34,323 nucleotides of DNA from a virus (IMGVR_UViG_3300048852_000022:1-34323), one strand, 5' to 3'. Shown: positions 7,812-16,248, counted from the stretch's first letter. The notes: a model not told the origin generated them from the sequence alone. Program-made: numbers and translations.

Positions 7812-8926
7812 AACACGTCCGAGTCAACGTTCGCAGCGTTGCGAACACGAAGGCTGTCCGGAAGGAAAAGCGCAACGGCCGTGACGTCGTCATCGTGCCC
7901 AGCGCCACGCTTCCCGACAACATAATCATGAACGGGATCATGTACCCCGCCGACGAGATCGGGAAGAGCTTTGCCACCCTCAACCGAACGCCAGCGCCGC
8001 TCGGGCATCCCATAATCAACGGCAAGTTCGTATCGGCCAGCGACCCGGAAGGCATCAATCTCGGCTACATCGGCGCATGGAACGAGAACGTCCGCCGGGA
8101 GAACGGCCGCGTCTTTCTCGACAAGGTCATCGACGTCGAGGTCGCCAACCGTTCGCAGGGCGGGAAGGACGTCCTGGCAGCCATCGAAAAGGGCGAGCCG
8201 GTCCACACGTCGACCGGGCTTCTCGCCAACCTTGAGGCCGTCGCCAACGCCTCCGATCACAAACACATCGCTCGCAACATCGTGTTCGACCACGACGCCA
8301 TCCTGTTGGGAGAGGCGGGCGCCGCTACGCCGGACCAGGGCGTCGGCATGCTGGTCAACGCCAATGGCGAGCAGGAAGAAATCGAGGTCATCAACTCCTC
8401 ACTTACCGAGGAAGCCGACCGAGAGATCGACTGGGCGGGCACCCGCCTGGTCGAAGCACTCAGGCGCCGGGAGAACATCGGCATCTGGGACAAAGTGAAG
8501 GCCGCGATCATGGAAGCCGTTGGCTCCGGGCGGGTACCCTCAACCAATCGAAAGGAAGACGACATGCCTGTCTCTGACGAGCAGTTCAAGTCGCTTTCCG
8601 ACGAGGTCAAAACCCTCTCGGAAGGCTTCAGCAAGATCGGCGAAACGATCTCCAACGCTGTCACCACGGCCCTCAAGCCGGTCCTCGACCAACAGGCCGA
8701 GATGGTCGCCAACCAGAAGGCCAAGGACGAGGCCGAGCACGCCGACCTGGTCACCAAGATCGTCAAGGCCAACGTCCTCGACGAGGAAACGGCCAAGGCA
8801 ACACCGCTCAACACGCTGCGCGCTCTCGCCAAGACCGCAGAACCGGGCAAAGCGGCTCCGCTGAACCCCGCGTTCAAGGGCAACAGCGGCGACAAGCCGA
8901 CCTACAAGCTGCCGGAGGGTGAATAA
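7808..8926 (+). CDS. Prohead protease/scaffold (DUF2213-like)
   Basis: Lies between portal and capsid. Protease-like N-terminus (PLGHP, STG, FDHDAILL..GAATP.QGVG) and a helical scaffold-like C-terminus with a probable internal start at 8564. Confidence 0.8.
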   Translation: MKHVRVNVRSVANTKAVRKEKRNGRDVVIVPSATLPDNIIMNGIMYPADEIGKSFATLNRTPAPLGHPIINGKFVSASDPEGINLGYIGAWNENVRRENGRVFLDKVIDVEVANRSQGGKDVLAAIEKGEPVHTSTGLLANLEAVANASDHKHIARNIVFDHDAILLGEAGAATPDQGVGMLVNANGEQEEIEVINSSLTEEADREIDWAGTRLVEALRRRENIGIWDKVKAAIMEAVGSGRVPSTNRKEDDMPVSDEQFKSLSDEVKTLSEGFSKIGETISNAVTTALKPVLDQQAEMVANQKAKDEAEHADLVTKIVKANVLDEETAKATPLNTLRALAKTAEPGKAAPLNPAFKGNSGDKPTYKLPEGE

Positions 8927-8928
8927 TC

Positions 8929-9381
8929 ATGGCCCGTTACAACAAGATCTTTGCCGGCCCGGTAACGGAGCGGCTGCCGCAGGTGCAGGAAGCGCTCGCA
9001 GCGGCGGCCACCCTCCCGGGCCTCGCCGTCGTCTTCAATGGCAGCGGCCAGTTCGCCATCGCCGGCGCTTCGACCGTCGAGAAGGTTTTCATCGCGCAGG
9101 ATAACTACCTGCAGATGAAGGGCGTCGATGAAGCGTGGGCCTCCGGCGATACCATGATCGGTATGGAAATGCTGGACGAGCAGTTCTTCAACGTCCGCGT
9201 TCCGACCGGCAACAACATTGCCAAGGGCGCCCGCCTGACGACGAATGCCACCGGCCGCTTCGTCCCCGTCGCCGCCGGCAACCGCGTCATTGCGATCGCG
9301 GAAGAGGCTTACAACAACACCTCCGGATCGGATCAGCTTGTTCGCGTGCGCGCGGCCAAGGGCCATCTGGCAGCCGCTTAA
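8929..9381 (+). CDS. Head decoration / capsid cement protein
   Basis: 150 aa, beta-rich and Ala/Gly-rich, immediately before the major capsid gene (lambda gpD position). Confidence 0.65.
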   Translation: MARYNKIFAGPVTERLPQVQEALAAAATLPGLAVVFNGSGQFAIAGASTVEKVFIAQDNYLQMKGVDEAWASGDTMIGMEMLDEQFFNVRVPTGNNIAKGARLTTNATGRFVPVAAGNRVIAIAEEAYNNTSGSDQLVRVRAAKGHLAAA

Positions 9382-9395
9382 GGAGCGATCGAACA

Positions 9396-10445
9396 ATGCG
9401 CTACTTCTCCTCCCAGCTCGTCGCCAACTCCCGAATCCATGCGGGTTGGTGGGACGAGGTACAGGCGAACCGCGAATGGTTCCACCAGACTGAAACTGCG
9501 CTGGCGGCCGTTCAGAATGCGGCCGCCATCCTGCCGCGCGACGCGTGGCTCGACCTCGACGGCATCACCCGTCGTGTCATGCGTTCGGACGAAGGTCAGG
9601 TCTACATGGCCGACCTCATGCCGCTCGCCAAGGCGGTGAACATCGGCAAGCTCGTCCACCTGAACCGCGTTTCTTCGGATGCCGGCTCGGTGGTCCGCTC
9701 GATGTCCGGCCAGGTGCCCGTGCCGATGGATAAGGTCGTCTACGACTACCGCGGCTCTCCGGTCCCGATCTTCTCCACGGCCTACGGCCGGGAATGGCGG
9801 GAATGGAATACGCTGCAGTCGGAGAACTTTGACGCGCTGTCCGACGATCAGGAGGCGCATACCGCCAAGATCCGTCGCGACATGGCTCTCTATGCTCTCG
9901 ACGGCGACGCAACCATCAAGGTCGGCGGCTACACGGCCTACGGCATCCGCACCTCGCCTCTGGCGAAGGCGATCAACCTCGGCGCTGCTGCCGGCGGTGC
10001 CAACATCGACCTGACGTCGCCGGCAACGACCTCGGACGCGATCGATACGTTCTTCAGCCAGACGCTCGGCGCCATGCTCGACGACAACCTGATCACGGGC
10101 AAGGTCAACGTCTATGTCTCGCCCGAGATCGGCCGCAACCTCGACCGCTCCTATTCCGGCTCCGCCGGTTTCAAGGGCGGCACGCTGTTGCAGTACCTGC
10201 TGACGAACCGCCGCATCAACAAGATCGCGGTGACCTACGAGCTGTCCGGCAATGAGTTCTTCGGCTTCGTGCCGAGCTCCGAGTTCATCCGTCCGCTCGT
10301 CGGCATGGCCGTCAACACAACGGCGATGACCCGCCAGAACCCGACCGACAACTACCAGTTCCTGGTTATGGGGGCGATGGGCATCGAGATCCGGGCCGAC
10401 TTCAACGGCAAGACCGGCGTCTTCTACTCCACCGACATTGACTGA
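9396..10445 (+). CDS. Major capsid protein
   Basis: ATG 9396 after AAGGAG, 349 aa, strongly biased codons, followed by a terminator. Position in the head module fits. Confidence 0.85.
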   Translation: MRYFSSQLVANSRIHAGWWDEVQANREWFHQTETALAAVQNAAAILPRDAWLDLDGITRRVMRSDEGQVYMADLMPLAKAVNIGKLVHLNRVSSDAGSVVRSMSGQVPVPMDKVVYDYRGSPVPIFSTAYGREWREWNTLQSENFDALSDDQEAHTAKIRRDMALYALDGDATIKVGGYTAYGIRTSPLAKAINLGAAAGGANIDLTSPATTSDAIDTFFSQTLGAMLDDNLITGKVNVYVSPEIGRNLDRSYSGSAGFKGGTLLQYLLTNRRINKIAVTYELSGNEFFGFVPSSEFIRPLVGMAVNTTAMTRQNPTDNYQFLVMGAMGIEIRADFNGKTGVFYSTDID

Positions 10446-10451
10446 GGCTGG

Positions 10452-10481
10452 GCCTCGCCTTCGGGCGGGGCTTTCCCTTTC
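10452..10481 (+). terminator. Rho-independent terminator after the capsid gene
   Basis: GCCTCGCC-TTCG-GGCGGGGC followed by TTTCCCTTT. Confidence 0.75.
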
Positions 10482-10502
10482 TGAAACCAAGGAGATACGC
10501 CG

Positions 10503-10847
10503 ATGAGCGTACGTGTGAAGATCACGCAGCCGGGCATCTATGCGAGCACCGGCAAAGAGATCGCGGTCGGTACCGAACTGACCCTGAAGAAAGAGCCGAA
10601 GGCATGGGCCGGCCGGTACGAGGTGATCTCGTCCAGCGGCTCCGACAAGGAAGCGGTGACCGGTGAAGCAACGTCCCAGTTCAAGGCCCCATTCGAGGCC
10701 AAAGACAAGGGCACCGGTTGGTGGGCGATCTACGACGCCGACAACAAGGAAGTGAAGGCGCTCCGCAAGGATGATGCCGAAATCTTCAATGCCCTGTCGG
10801 ACGAAGACAAGGCCGCGCACGTCGCGACCTTCGTCAAGGAAGGTTGA
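10503..10847 (+). CDS. Hypothetical head-associated protein
   Basis: Strong RBS AAGGAGA, phage-like codon usage, post-capsid position. Confidence 0.75.
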   Translation: MSVRVKITQPGIYASTGKEIAVGTELTLKKEPKAWAGRYEVISSSGSDKEAVTGEATSQFKAPFEAKDKGTGWWAIYDADNKEVKALRKDDAEIFNALSDEDKAAHVATFVKEG

Positions 10848-10850
10848 TCA

Positions 10851-11342
10851 ATGGCAGGCTACGGTGCTGATGCCACGTTTCAGGCGTGGCTCGATGATAA
10901 CGGCTACACGCTGCCAGCCGGTGCGCCGTCGCTTGCCGTCCTTCGCAATCGTGGGAGCCAATACATCGACGCGGTGTATGGCTCCCGCTTCGTCGGCAGC
11001 GTTGCAGACGCGTTGCAGGAGCGTTGCTGGCCGCGCGAGGGCGCGATCGTCAGCGGCAAGCTTTTGCCGTCGGACTTGATCCCAGCCGCCGTGATCAACG
11101 CTTCGTACTACGCCGCCTATCAGGAAGCGGTGAAGCCTGGCTCACTCTCTGTCATCAGTACCTCTTCGGGCGCCGTGAAGCGAGTAAAGGTCGGGCAGAT
11201 CGAAAAGGAATACCAAACGGCGAAGGATAGCGACGGCACGGCCGCGTCCATCACGCCGCTCATCTCCATCGTTGACGGGATGCTGGCGCCGTATCTGCGC
11301 GACGACAGCGTCGTTTGCGTCGGCATCGCGTCGATTGGCTAG
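10851..11342 (+). CDS. Head-tail adaptor (DnaT-like_2 family type)
   Basis: Motifs YID..Y..RF.G, Q...WPR, IP.AV..A, VKRVKVG.IEKEY and ML.PYL, typical of head-tail connectors. Confidence 0.75.
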   Translation: MAGYGADATFQAWLDDNGYTLPAGAPSLAVLRNRGSQYIDAVYGSRFVGSVADALQERCWPREGAIVSGKLLPSDLIPAAVINASYYAAYQEAVKPGSLSVISTSSGAVKRVKVGQIEKEYQTAKDSDGTAASITPLISIVDGMLAPYLRDDSVVCVGIASIG

Positions 11343-11542
11343 GATTCGATCTTGTCGCGGTAATACCGCTTCATCTCATTCCAAAGGTCCGCAGGCATTT
11401 CGGGATCTAGACGAGTCCATATTTCCATCATCGCTTCGATCTTGGTTTTGTTCGTTGCGACCACCTCATCGTCAATTCGAACAGTAAAGGTCTTGGTGCC
11501 GGTTTCCGAACTGCCGTCTTCAATGAGCGAATACTGTGTCAT
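11339..11542 (-). CDS. Small antisense moron protein (67 aa)
   Basis: AAAAGGAGGG RBS before ATG (MTQYSLIEDG...). It fills the gap between two structural genes and is more AT-rich. Confidence 0.7.
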   Translation of the reverse strand: MTQYSLIEDGSSETGTKTFTVRIDDEVVATNKTKIEAMMEIWTRLDPEMPADLWNEMKRYYRDKIES

Positions 11543-11580
11543 GTGCCCTCCTTTTGGGAGCGAAATAAGGAGCACATCGC

Positions 11581-11946
11581 TTGGCAACATTCAACTACCA
11601 GGAGATGCAGACGGTAGCCGAAGAGCTCATCACCGAATTTGGCCAGGCCGGTACCGTGATGCGCATTTCAGAGCCGGACCCCGTCGAAGGCGGCGATCCT
11701 GTCGAAACCGCATACACGGCCACGCTGGTGCCGATGGCGTACAGCGCCCAAGAGATCGACGGTACCGAGATCTTGTCCGGCGACATGCAGATTTACATCT
11801 CGTCCGTCGGCCTCGCGATCGAGCCCAAGCCCGGCGACCTGGTCGCGGCGAGCGGCAAGACGTTCCGGGTGATCAAAGCAGACCCGAACAACTACGACGG
11901 CCTGACCAACGTCGTCTTCATCGTCCAGGGAAGGATTGCAGCATGA
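11581..11946 (+). CDS. Head closure / head-tail joining protein
   Basis: TTG start after AAGGAG. Motifs AEELI.EFGQ, IDGT.I.SGD and P.PGD......FRVI. Confidence 0.75.
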   Translation: MATFNYQEMQTVAEELITEFGQAGTVMRISEPDPVEGGDPVETAYTATLVPMAYSAQEIDGTEILSGDMQIYISSVGLAIEPKPGDLVAASGKTFRVIKADPNNYDGLTNVVFIVQGRIAA

Positions 11947-12104
11947 GCGTGCCCGCACAGGACTTCCTGAAACTCATGGAGGCGCCTGCATCGAAGATAT
12001 TTGCTGTCCTGGTCGACCTCTACGGACGTGAGATCGCCGACAAGGTCGCCAAGGAAGTTATCAAACCCGGTCTCGGCCCTACGGTCGACTGGCCCAAGTG
12101 GTGA
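11943..12104 (+). CDS. Small hypothetical protein (53 aa)
   Basis: ATGA overlap with the upstream gene; MSVPAQDFLKLM...VDWPKW; fills the gap in the operon. Confidence 0.6.
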   Translation: MSVPAQDFLKLMEAPASKIFAVLVDLYGREIADKVAKEVIKPGLGPTVDWPKW

Positions 12105-12115
12105 AAGGACCCGCT

Positions 12116-12277
12116 ATGAAAATCCGTTTTGTGAAGGACTACCAGCGCTTTGCCGTCGGCGACGTGATCGACGCGTCCGACCTGTCGGGCGGTCTTGCCC
12201 AGGGCCTGATCAATCTCGGCATCGCGGAGAAGATGCCCGAGGAGAAGGTTGCCACGAAGAAAGGCGACAAGGAATGA
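12116..12277 (+). CDS. Small phage protein (53 aa), not in the ORF track
   Basis: RBS GAAAGGA; MKIRFVKDYQRFAVGDVIDASDLSGGLAQGLINLGIAEK...; resembles small L9-N-like phage head-module proteins. Confidence 0.7.
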   Translation: MKIRFVKDYQRFAVGDVIDASDLSGGLAQGLINLGIAEKMPEEKVATKKGDKE

Positions 12278-12555
12278 ACAGGCGCTCGTTTCTCGGCTTC
12301 GCCGCCGGCGGTGCTGTGGCGGCTCCCGCAGCTATCCTCGTTGGTGAGCGTGCGGAAGGCTTCCCGAAGCCAGCAGCCATGACCGCAGCAGACGTCGCTC
12401 GCCGTCAAGCCCAACAGGTCAGCGTCACGGTCACGGGCGCTGATGGGGACGAGCGTATTCGTCGGCTCGTTCAGAAGGAAGTCCAGCGGGCAACGCTCGA
12501 GCACCAGCGCTCCAGCTTCGCCTTAAGTCGGCGCGACCGGTTGATGCGAGGCTGA
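12274..12555 (+). CDS. 93-aa protein with twin-arginine-like N-terminus and a tape-measure C-terminal-like motif
   Basis: ATGA overlap at 12274. It begins MNRRSFLGFAAGGAVAAPAA, and its C-terminal part VSVTVTGADGDERIRRLVQKEV resembles the end of the TMP. Confidence 0.7.
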   Translation: MNRRSFLGFAAGGAVAAPAAILVGERAEGFPKPAAMTAADVARRQAQQVSVTVTGADGDERIRRLVQKEVQRATLEHQRSSFALSRRDRLMRG

Positions 12556-12559
12556 TTGC

Positions 12560-13612
12560 GTGGCATCTCTTCGCCAGCAGCTCGACGCCCTCATCGAAGA
12601 GCTTTCCCCAGCCATGGAGAAGGCCTTCCGCGAGGCGATCGAGGACATCAAATCCGAGATCGTGCTGAAGGAAGTCGTCGAGCGGCTTGAACGCCGGGAC
12701 ATCGAGGGCGCCATTGCGGCGCTGCATATCGATCCCGCTGCGTTCCGGCCCTTCTCTGAGGCGATCCGGACAGCCTTCAACGCCGGCGGCCTCCTGGTCG
12801 CAAAGAACATGCCGCGTCTGTCCGATCCGATGGGCGGCCGTGTCGTGTTCAGGTGGGACGTGCAGAACCAACGCGCCGAACAGATCATCCGGGAAGCCTC
12901 GTCGACGATGATCACGCATGTGACTGAAGACACGAAGCAGATGGCCCGGGAGCGGATCGAATCCGGCTACGCCAAGGGGCAGGGGCCGAACACGATTGCT
13001 CTCGACATTGCCGGCCGGGTGAACAAGGTCACCGGACGCCGTGAGGGCGGATTGCTCGGCATGACGGCCCAGCTTGCCCGAACCGTCGAGAACGCGCGCA
13101 CGGCGCTGCTCTCGGGCGACGTAGAGGGCATGAAGCACTACCTGACGCTGACGCGCCGCGATAAGCGCTTCGACCGGCAGGTCGCCAAGGCTATTCGGGA
13201 AGGCAAGCCTCTCCCGGCCGACGCCGTGCAGAAGATCACCGGCCGGCTCGCTGACCGGTATGTCCAGCTCCGGGCCCAGACGATCGCCCGGACGGAAACG
13301 CAGTCGTCTGTCCATGCGGCCAAGCATGAGGCCTATCAGCAGGGGCTGGATCGCGCCGGCCGCGATGCCAGCCTTGTCACCCGTCGTTGGCGCTCGGTCG
13401 GCGACGGCCGCGTCCGCCACACGCACCAGGTCCTGAATGCAGAGGAAGTGACGGGCATGGACCTGCCATTCCAATCTCCCTCGGGCGCATTGCTGCGCTT
13501 CCCGGGCGATACCAGCCTCGGTGCTGGGGCGGCCGAGATCATCGGATGTCGGTGCCATGTCGAATATAACTTCGACTTCGCCGGGGAATATGCCAGATCG
13601 CGAGGCCGCTGA
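12560..13612 (+). CDS. Minor head morphogenesis protein (Mu gpF / SPP1 gp7 family)
   Basis: Motifs RAQTIARTET, W..VGDGRVRHTH..LN, PF...G..LRFPGD and IIGCRC. Confidence 0.9.
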   Translation: MASLRQQLDALIEELSPAMEKAFREAIEDIKSEIVLKEVVERLERRDIEGAIAALHIDPAAFRPFSEAIRTAFNAGGLLVAKNMPRLSDPMGGRVVFRWDVQNQRAEQIIREASSTMITHVTEDTKQMARERIESGYAKGQGPNTIALDIAGRVNKVTGRREGGLLGMTAQLARTVENARTALLSGDVEGMKHYLTLTRRDKRFDRQVAKAIREGKPLPADAVQKITGRLADRYVQLRAQTIARTETQSSVHAAKHEAYQQGLDRAGRDASLVTRRWRSVGDGRVRHTHQVLNAEEVTGMDLPFQSPSGALLRFPGDTSLGAGAAEIIGCRCHVEYNFDFAGEYARSRGR

Positions 13613-14091
13613 TGGCTGAGAACCTGTCGTTTGCGGCCCAGGTCTCCGAATGGGTGAAGGCAGAGCAAGAGCGCGAGGCCGCCGTCCTGCGCACCGCGGC
13701 GCAGATGGTCGCCAATAACGTCCGGACCTCTGTTGCCCAAGGCGGCCGCATTCCGGTCGTCACCGGCAACCTGAAGAACTCTCTGATGGCCTCGACCACG
13801 TCCATGCCGACGGTTGACCAGGGCGAGAAGCAATATCCGGATCAGAGCGGAGAGATCGAGCTGATCATTGCCAACCTCGATGTAGGCGAGACGCTCTATC
13901 TGGGATTTCAGGCCGCCTACGGGCCCCGCATGAACTACGGCTTCGTCGGCGAAGACAGCCTGGGTCGGCTCTACAATCAGGCTGGATACGGCTTTGTCGA
14001 CGCCGAGGCCCAGGACTGGCCGCAGACCGTCAAACGCGCGGAAGAGACGGTTCGCGGTCGCTTTGAAGCGGGTCCGTCCCCTCGGACATGA
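13612..14091 (+). CDS. HK97 gp10-like tail completion protein
   Basis: PVVTGNLKNS motif, AAYG.RMNYG, and position before the tail terminator. Confidence 0.75.
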   Translation: MAENLSFAAQVSEWVKAEQEREAAVLRTAAQMVANNVRTSVAQGGRIPVVTGNLKNSLMASTTSMPTVDQGEKQYPDQSGEIELIIANLDVGETLYLGFQAAYGPRMNYGFVGEDSLGRLYNQAGYGFVDAEAQDWPQTVKRAEETVRGRFEAGPSPRT

Positions 14092-14245
14092 TGATCAGGG
14101 CCTTCTGAAGCACGTCGAGATCCCTGATGGCTGCGGAAAGCACCTGCCGGCCGTTCTCAGTTTTCACGGTCTTGTTGAGCAGCAGCGATTGCGCCTCGTG
14201 CAAGAGGTCATGCACCTCGGTATCGCTGAGTGCTTTGTCGGCCAT
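14030..14245 (-). CDS. Small antisense hypothetical protein (71 aa)
   Basis: Helical, protein-like sequence MADKALSDTEVHDLLHEAQSLLLNK... It fills the 14092-14262 gap and overlaps the 3' end of the gp10-like gene. The RBS is weak. Confidence 0.55.
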   Translation of the reverse strand: MADKALSDTEVHDLLHEAQSLLLNKTVKTENGRQVLSAAIRDLDVLQKALIIMSEGTDPLQSDREPSLPRV

Positions 14246-14262
14246 GGGCCTAGAGGTATCAG

Positions 14263-14694
14263 ATGGCTGACACTGTTGAAATGAAAATCTACCAGGCGTT
14301 GGTGCTGCGCGCGCAAGCGTTCGTCCCGCCGGCCGGTGTCACGGTGGTCCTGCCGGGCGTGTCTTTCACCCCGGCAGCGACAAGCAAATTCGTCGTCTGC
14401 GAAGTCCATTTCAACCGCTCGATCGAAACTGATCTTTCGCTCGAAATGGACCCGATCCGCCAAGGTTTCATTCGCACCAACGTCATGTGGCCGAAAGGTT
14501 CGGCCATCGTCGACGGATACAATCTCGCCGGGCAGCTTCGCGCGCACTTCCGCCGCGGCACCAAGCTGTTCCGCACGGACACACAGGTCCGCATCGACGA
14601 GGATCCGGAAATCGGCGTTCTCGTGACTGGAGACACGCATCACAACATCCCCGTCACCACCCGGTGGCGCTGCTACCCGCAAGTTCCGGCCTGA
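14263..14694 (+). CDS. Tail terminator-like protein (DUF4128 type)
   Basis: RBS GAGGT; motifs G.....V.WPKG and A..LRAHF.RGT.L; lies just before the tail tube gene. Confidence 0.75.
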   Translation: MADTVEMKIYQALVLRAQAFVPPAGVTVVLPGVSFTPAATSKFVVCEVHFNRSIETDLSLEMDPIRQGFIRTNVMWPKGSAIVDGYNLAGQLRAHFRRGTKLFRTDTQVRIDEDPEIGVLVTGDTHHNIPVTTRWRCYPQVPA

Positions 14695-14750
14695 TTGGCC
14701 CTGCCGTTCCGCGCCTTCGGCAAGCGCAATCAGACAGAAGGACATGAACC

Positions 14751-15485
14751 ATGCAGCTCTATCCTGTAGCTGGCTCCAAGATCGATATCGGGCCTGCCGT
14801 CAATAGCGTTCCGGAAGATGCCGACATGATCGCTTCGCTCTTCTCTTCGGTGAGCTTCACCGAAATCAAGGGTTGGCAGACCATGGGCGCGATCGGTGAC
14901 GCGGCCACGCTCGTCACTGAATCCGTCATCTCTTCTGGCCGCGACCTGAAGGCGAAGGGCACCCGCAACGCCGGCTCGATGCAGAACAACTTCATCATCC
15001 TGCCGGAAGATGAAGGCCAGATCGCGCTGATCGCGGCAGAGGCTACTCCCTATAACTATCCGTTCCGCATCCGCTTCAATGATGCGCCCCCGGCGAAAAC
15101 CTCGACGGTAACGATGACCATCGCGTCTCCCGGCGTCATCTCCTGGACCGCCCATGGCCTCGCCGCGGGCACGCCCATCAAGTTCTCCACAACCGGAGCT
15201 CTACCGACCGGTCTCACCGCCGGCACCACCTATTATGTCGTCAGCCCGACCGCGAACGATTTCAGCGTTGCGGCAACTCCGGGCGGCGCCGCAATCGCAA
15301 CGACCGGCACACAATCGGGCACCCACACTGCCACTACGGTGCCGACTGGCACGATCAAGTATTTCTACGCGATCGTCATGACCGCTCAGGAGAATGGTGG
15401 CGGCGCGAACACCGCGCGACTGCTGCAGGGCAACCTTGAAGTGAACTCCGCAATTCTCACGGTTAACCCGGTCGGTGGTGCGTAA
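14751..15485 (+). CDS. Major tail tube protein with an inserted accessory domain
   Basis: Tube motifs GAIGD, KAKGTRNAGSM and DEGQIAL.AA, interrupted by a Thr/Gly-rich insert (TIASPGVISWTAHGLAAG...GTTYYV). Confidence 0.85.
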   Translation: MQLYPVAGSKIDIGPAVNSVPEDADMIASLFSSVSFTEIKGWQTMGAIGDAATLVTESVISSGRDLKAKGTRNAGSMQNNFIILPEDEGQIALIAAEATPYNYPFRIRFNDAPPAKTSTVTMTIASPGVISWTAHGLAAGTPIKFSTTGALPTGLTAGTTYYVVSPTANDFSVAATPGGAAIATTGTQSGTHTATTVPTGTIKYFYAIVMTAQENGGGANTARLLQGNLEVNSAILTVNPVGGA

Positions 15486-15898
15486 TGGCTGAAGAGTTTG
15501 TCGACCTTTCCGGCCTCGAAGCCCTCGTCCAATCCCAGGAGGAGGGTATCGAGATCGATATCCTGAATGAACAGGCGAAGCCGATCGGTCTCAAGATCCG
15601 CGTCGTCGGCCCGGACAGCGACCGCATGCAGAAGGCGGTGCGCGATGTCGCCTCCGAATTTGCCAAGGCAGCGGCCGAGCGCGAAAGTCTCGGAGAAGCG
15701 CGGGAGGATGACAGCGACGCGCGCATGGTCGCCATCCTCTCAAAGGCAACGGTGAGCTGGTCTCCGAATCCGAAGATCGGCGGCAATGTCGTTCCCTTCT
15801 CTGAGGAGAACGTTCGAAATCTTTATTCGAAGTTCCGGATCATCCGTGAGCAGGTCGAGGTTCGCGCGGTTCGCCGCGGCTCTTTTACCAAAAGCTGA
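15485..15898 (+). CDS. Tail assembly chaperone (gpG-like)
   Basis: Lies between tube and TMP; motifs IRVVGPDSD and IREQV......SF. Confidence 0.8.
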   Translation: MAEEFVDLSGLEALVQSQEEGIEIDILNEQAKPIGLKIRVVGPDSDRMQKAVRDVASEFAKAAAERESLGEAREDDSDARMVAILSKATVSWSPNPKIGGNVVPFSEENVRNLYSKFRIIREQVEVRAVRRGSFTKS

Positions 15899-16242
15899 TC
15901 GACCGGCTCTGCGGCCTGATCGTCGATCAGCACGAAGGTAAGAAACTCGTTATCCCCGCCGCTGGCCAGCAGGTGTGGTGGTGGTTCCGGGAACTGGATA
16001 GCCAGCGCACCGGTAACGGGTACGGGCCCAATCCTCTTGGGTTTCATGCAATCGGAGAATGGGCGAGGCTTCGCGGCCTCGTCCTCAAACAGTGGCAGCT
16101 CGATGCCATTCTGGCAATGGACCTGAAGCGCCGCGAGATCTTGGCGCCCAAGGCTGAAGAGCCAGAGACAGAGAAGCCGAAAGTCTCAGAGCGTCCGCTC
16201 TCCGCGCGTCTGTTCGATGCGATTTTCCCAAGCAAGAAGTGA
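15880..16242 (+). CDS. Tail assembly chaperone gpT part, probably reached by -1 frameshift
   Basis: The -1 frame is open from 15850 to 16242 (FYQKLIDRLCG...VWWWFRELDSQRTGNGYGPNPL...). It overlaps the end of gpG at TCT-TTT-ACC-AAA-AGC. Confidence 0.75.
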   Translation, partial: LFYQKLIDRLCGLIVDQHEGKKLVIPAAGQQVWWWFRELDSQRTGNGYGPNPLGFHAIGEWARLRGLVLKQWQLDAILAMDLKRREILAPKAEEPETEKPKVSERPLSARLFDAIFPSKK

Positions 16243-16248
16243 TAGCCG

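Noticed and set aside
4954-10820. Long antisense ORFs (4954..6249, 6402..7364, 9378..10820)
   Set aside because: They are mirror frames of terL, portal and capsid caused by strong codon bias.
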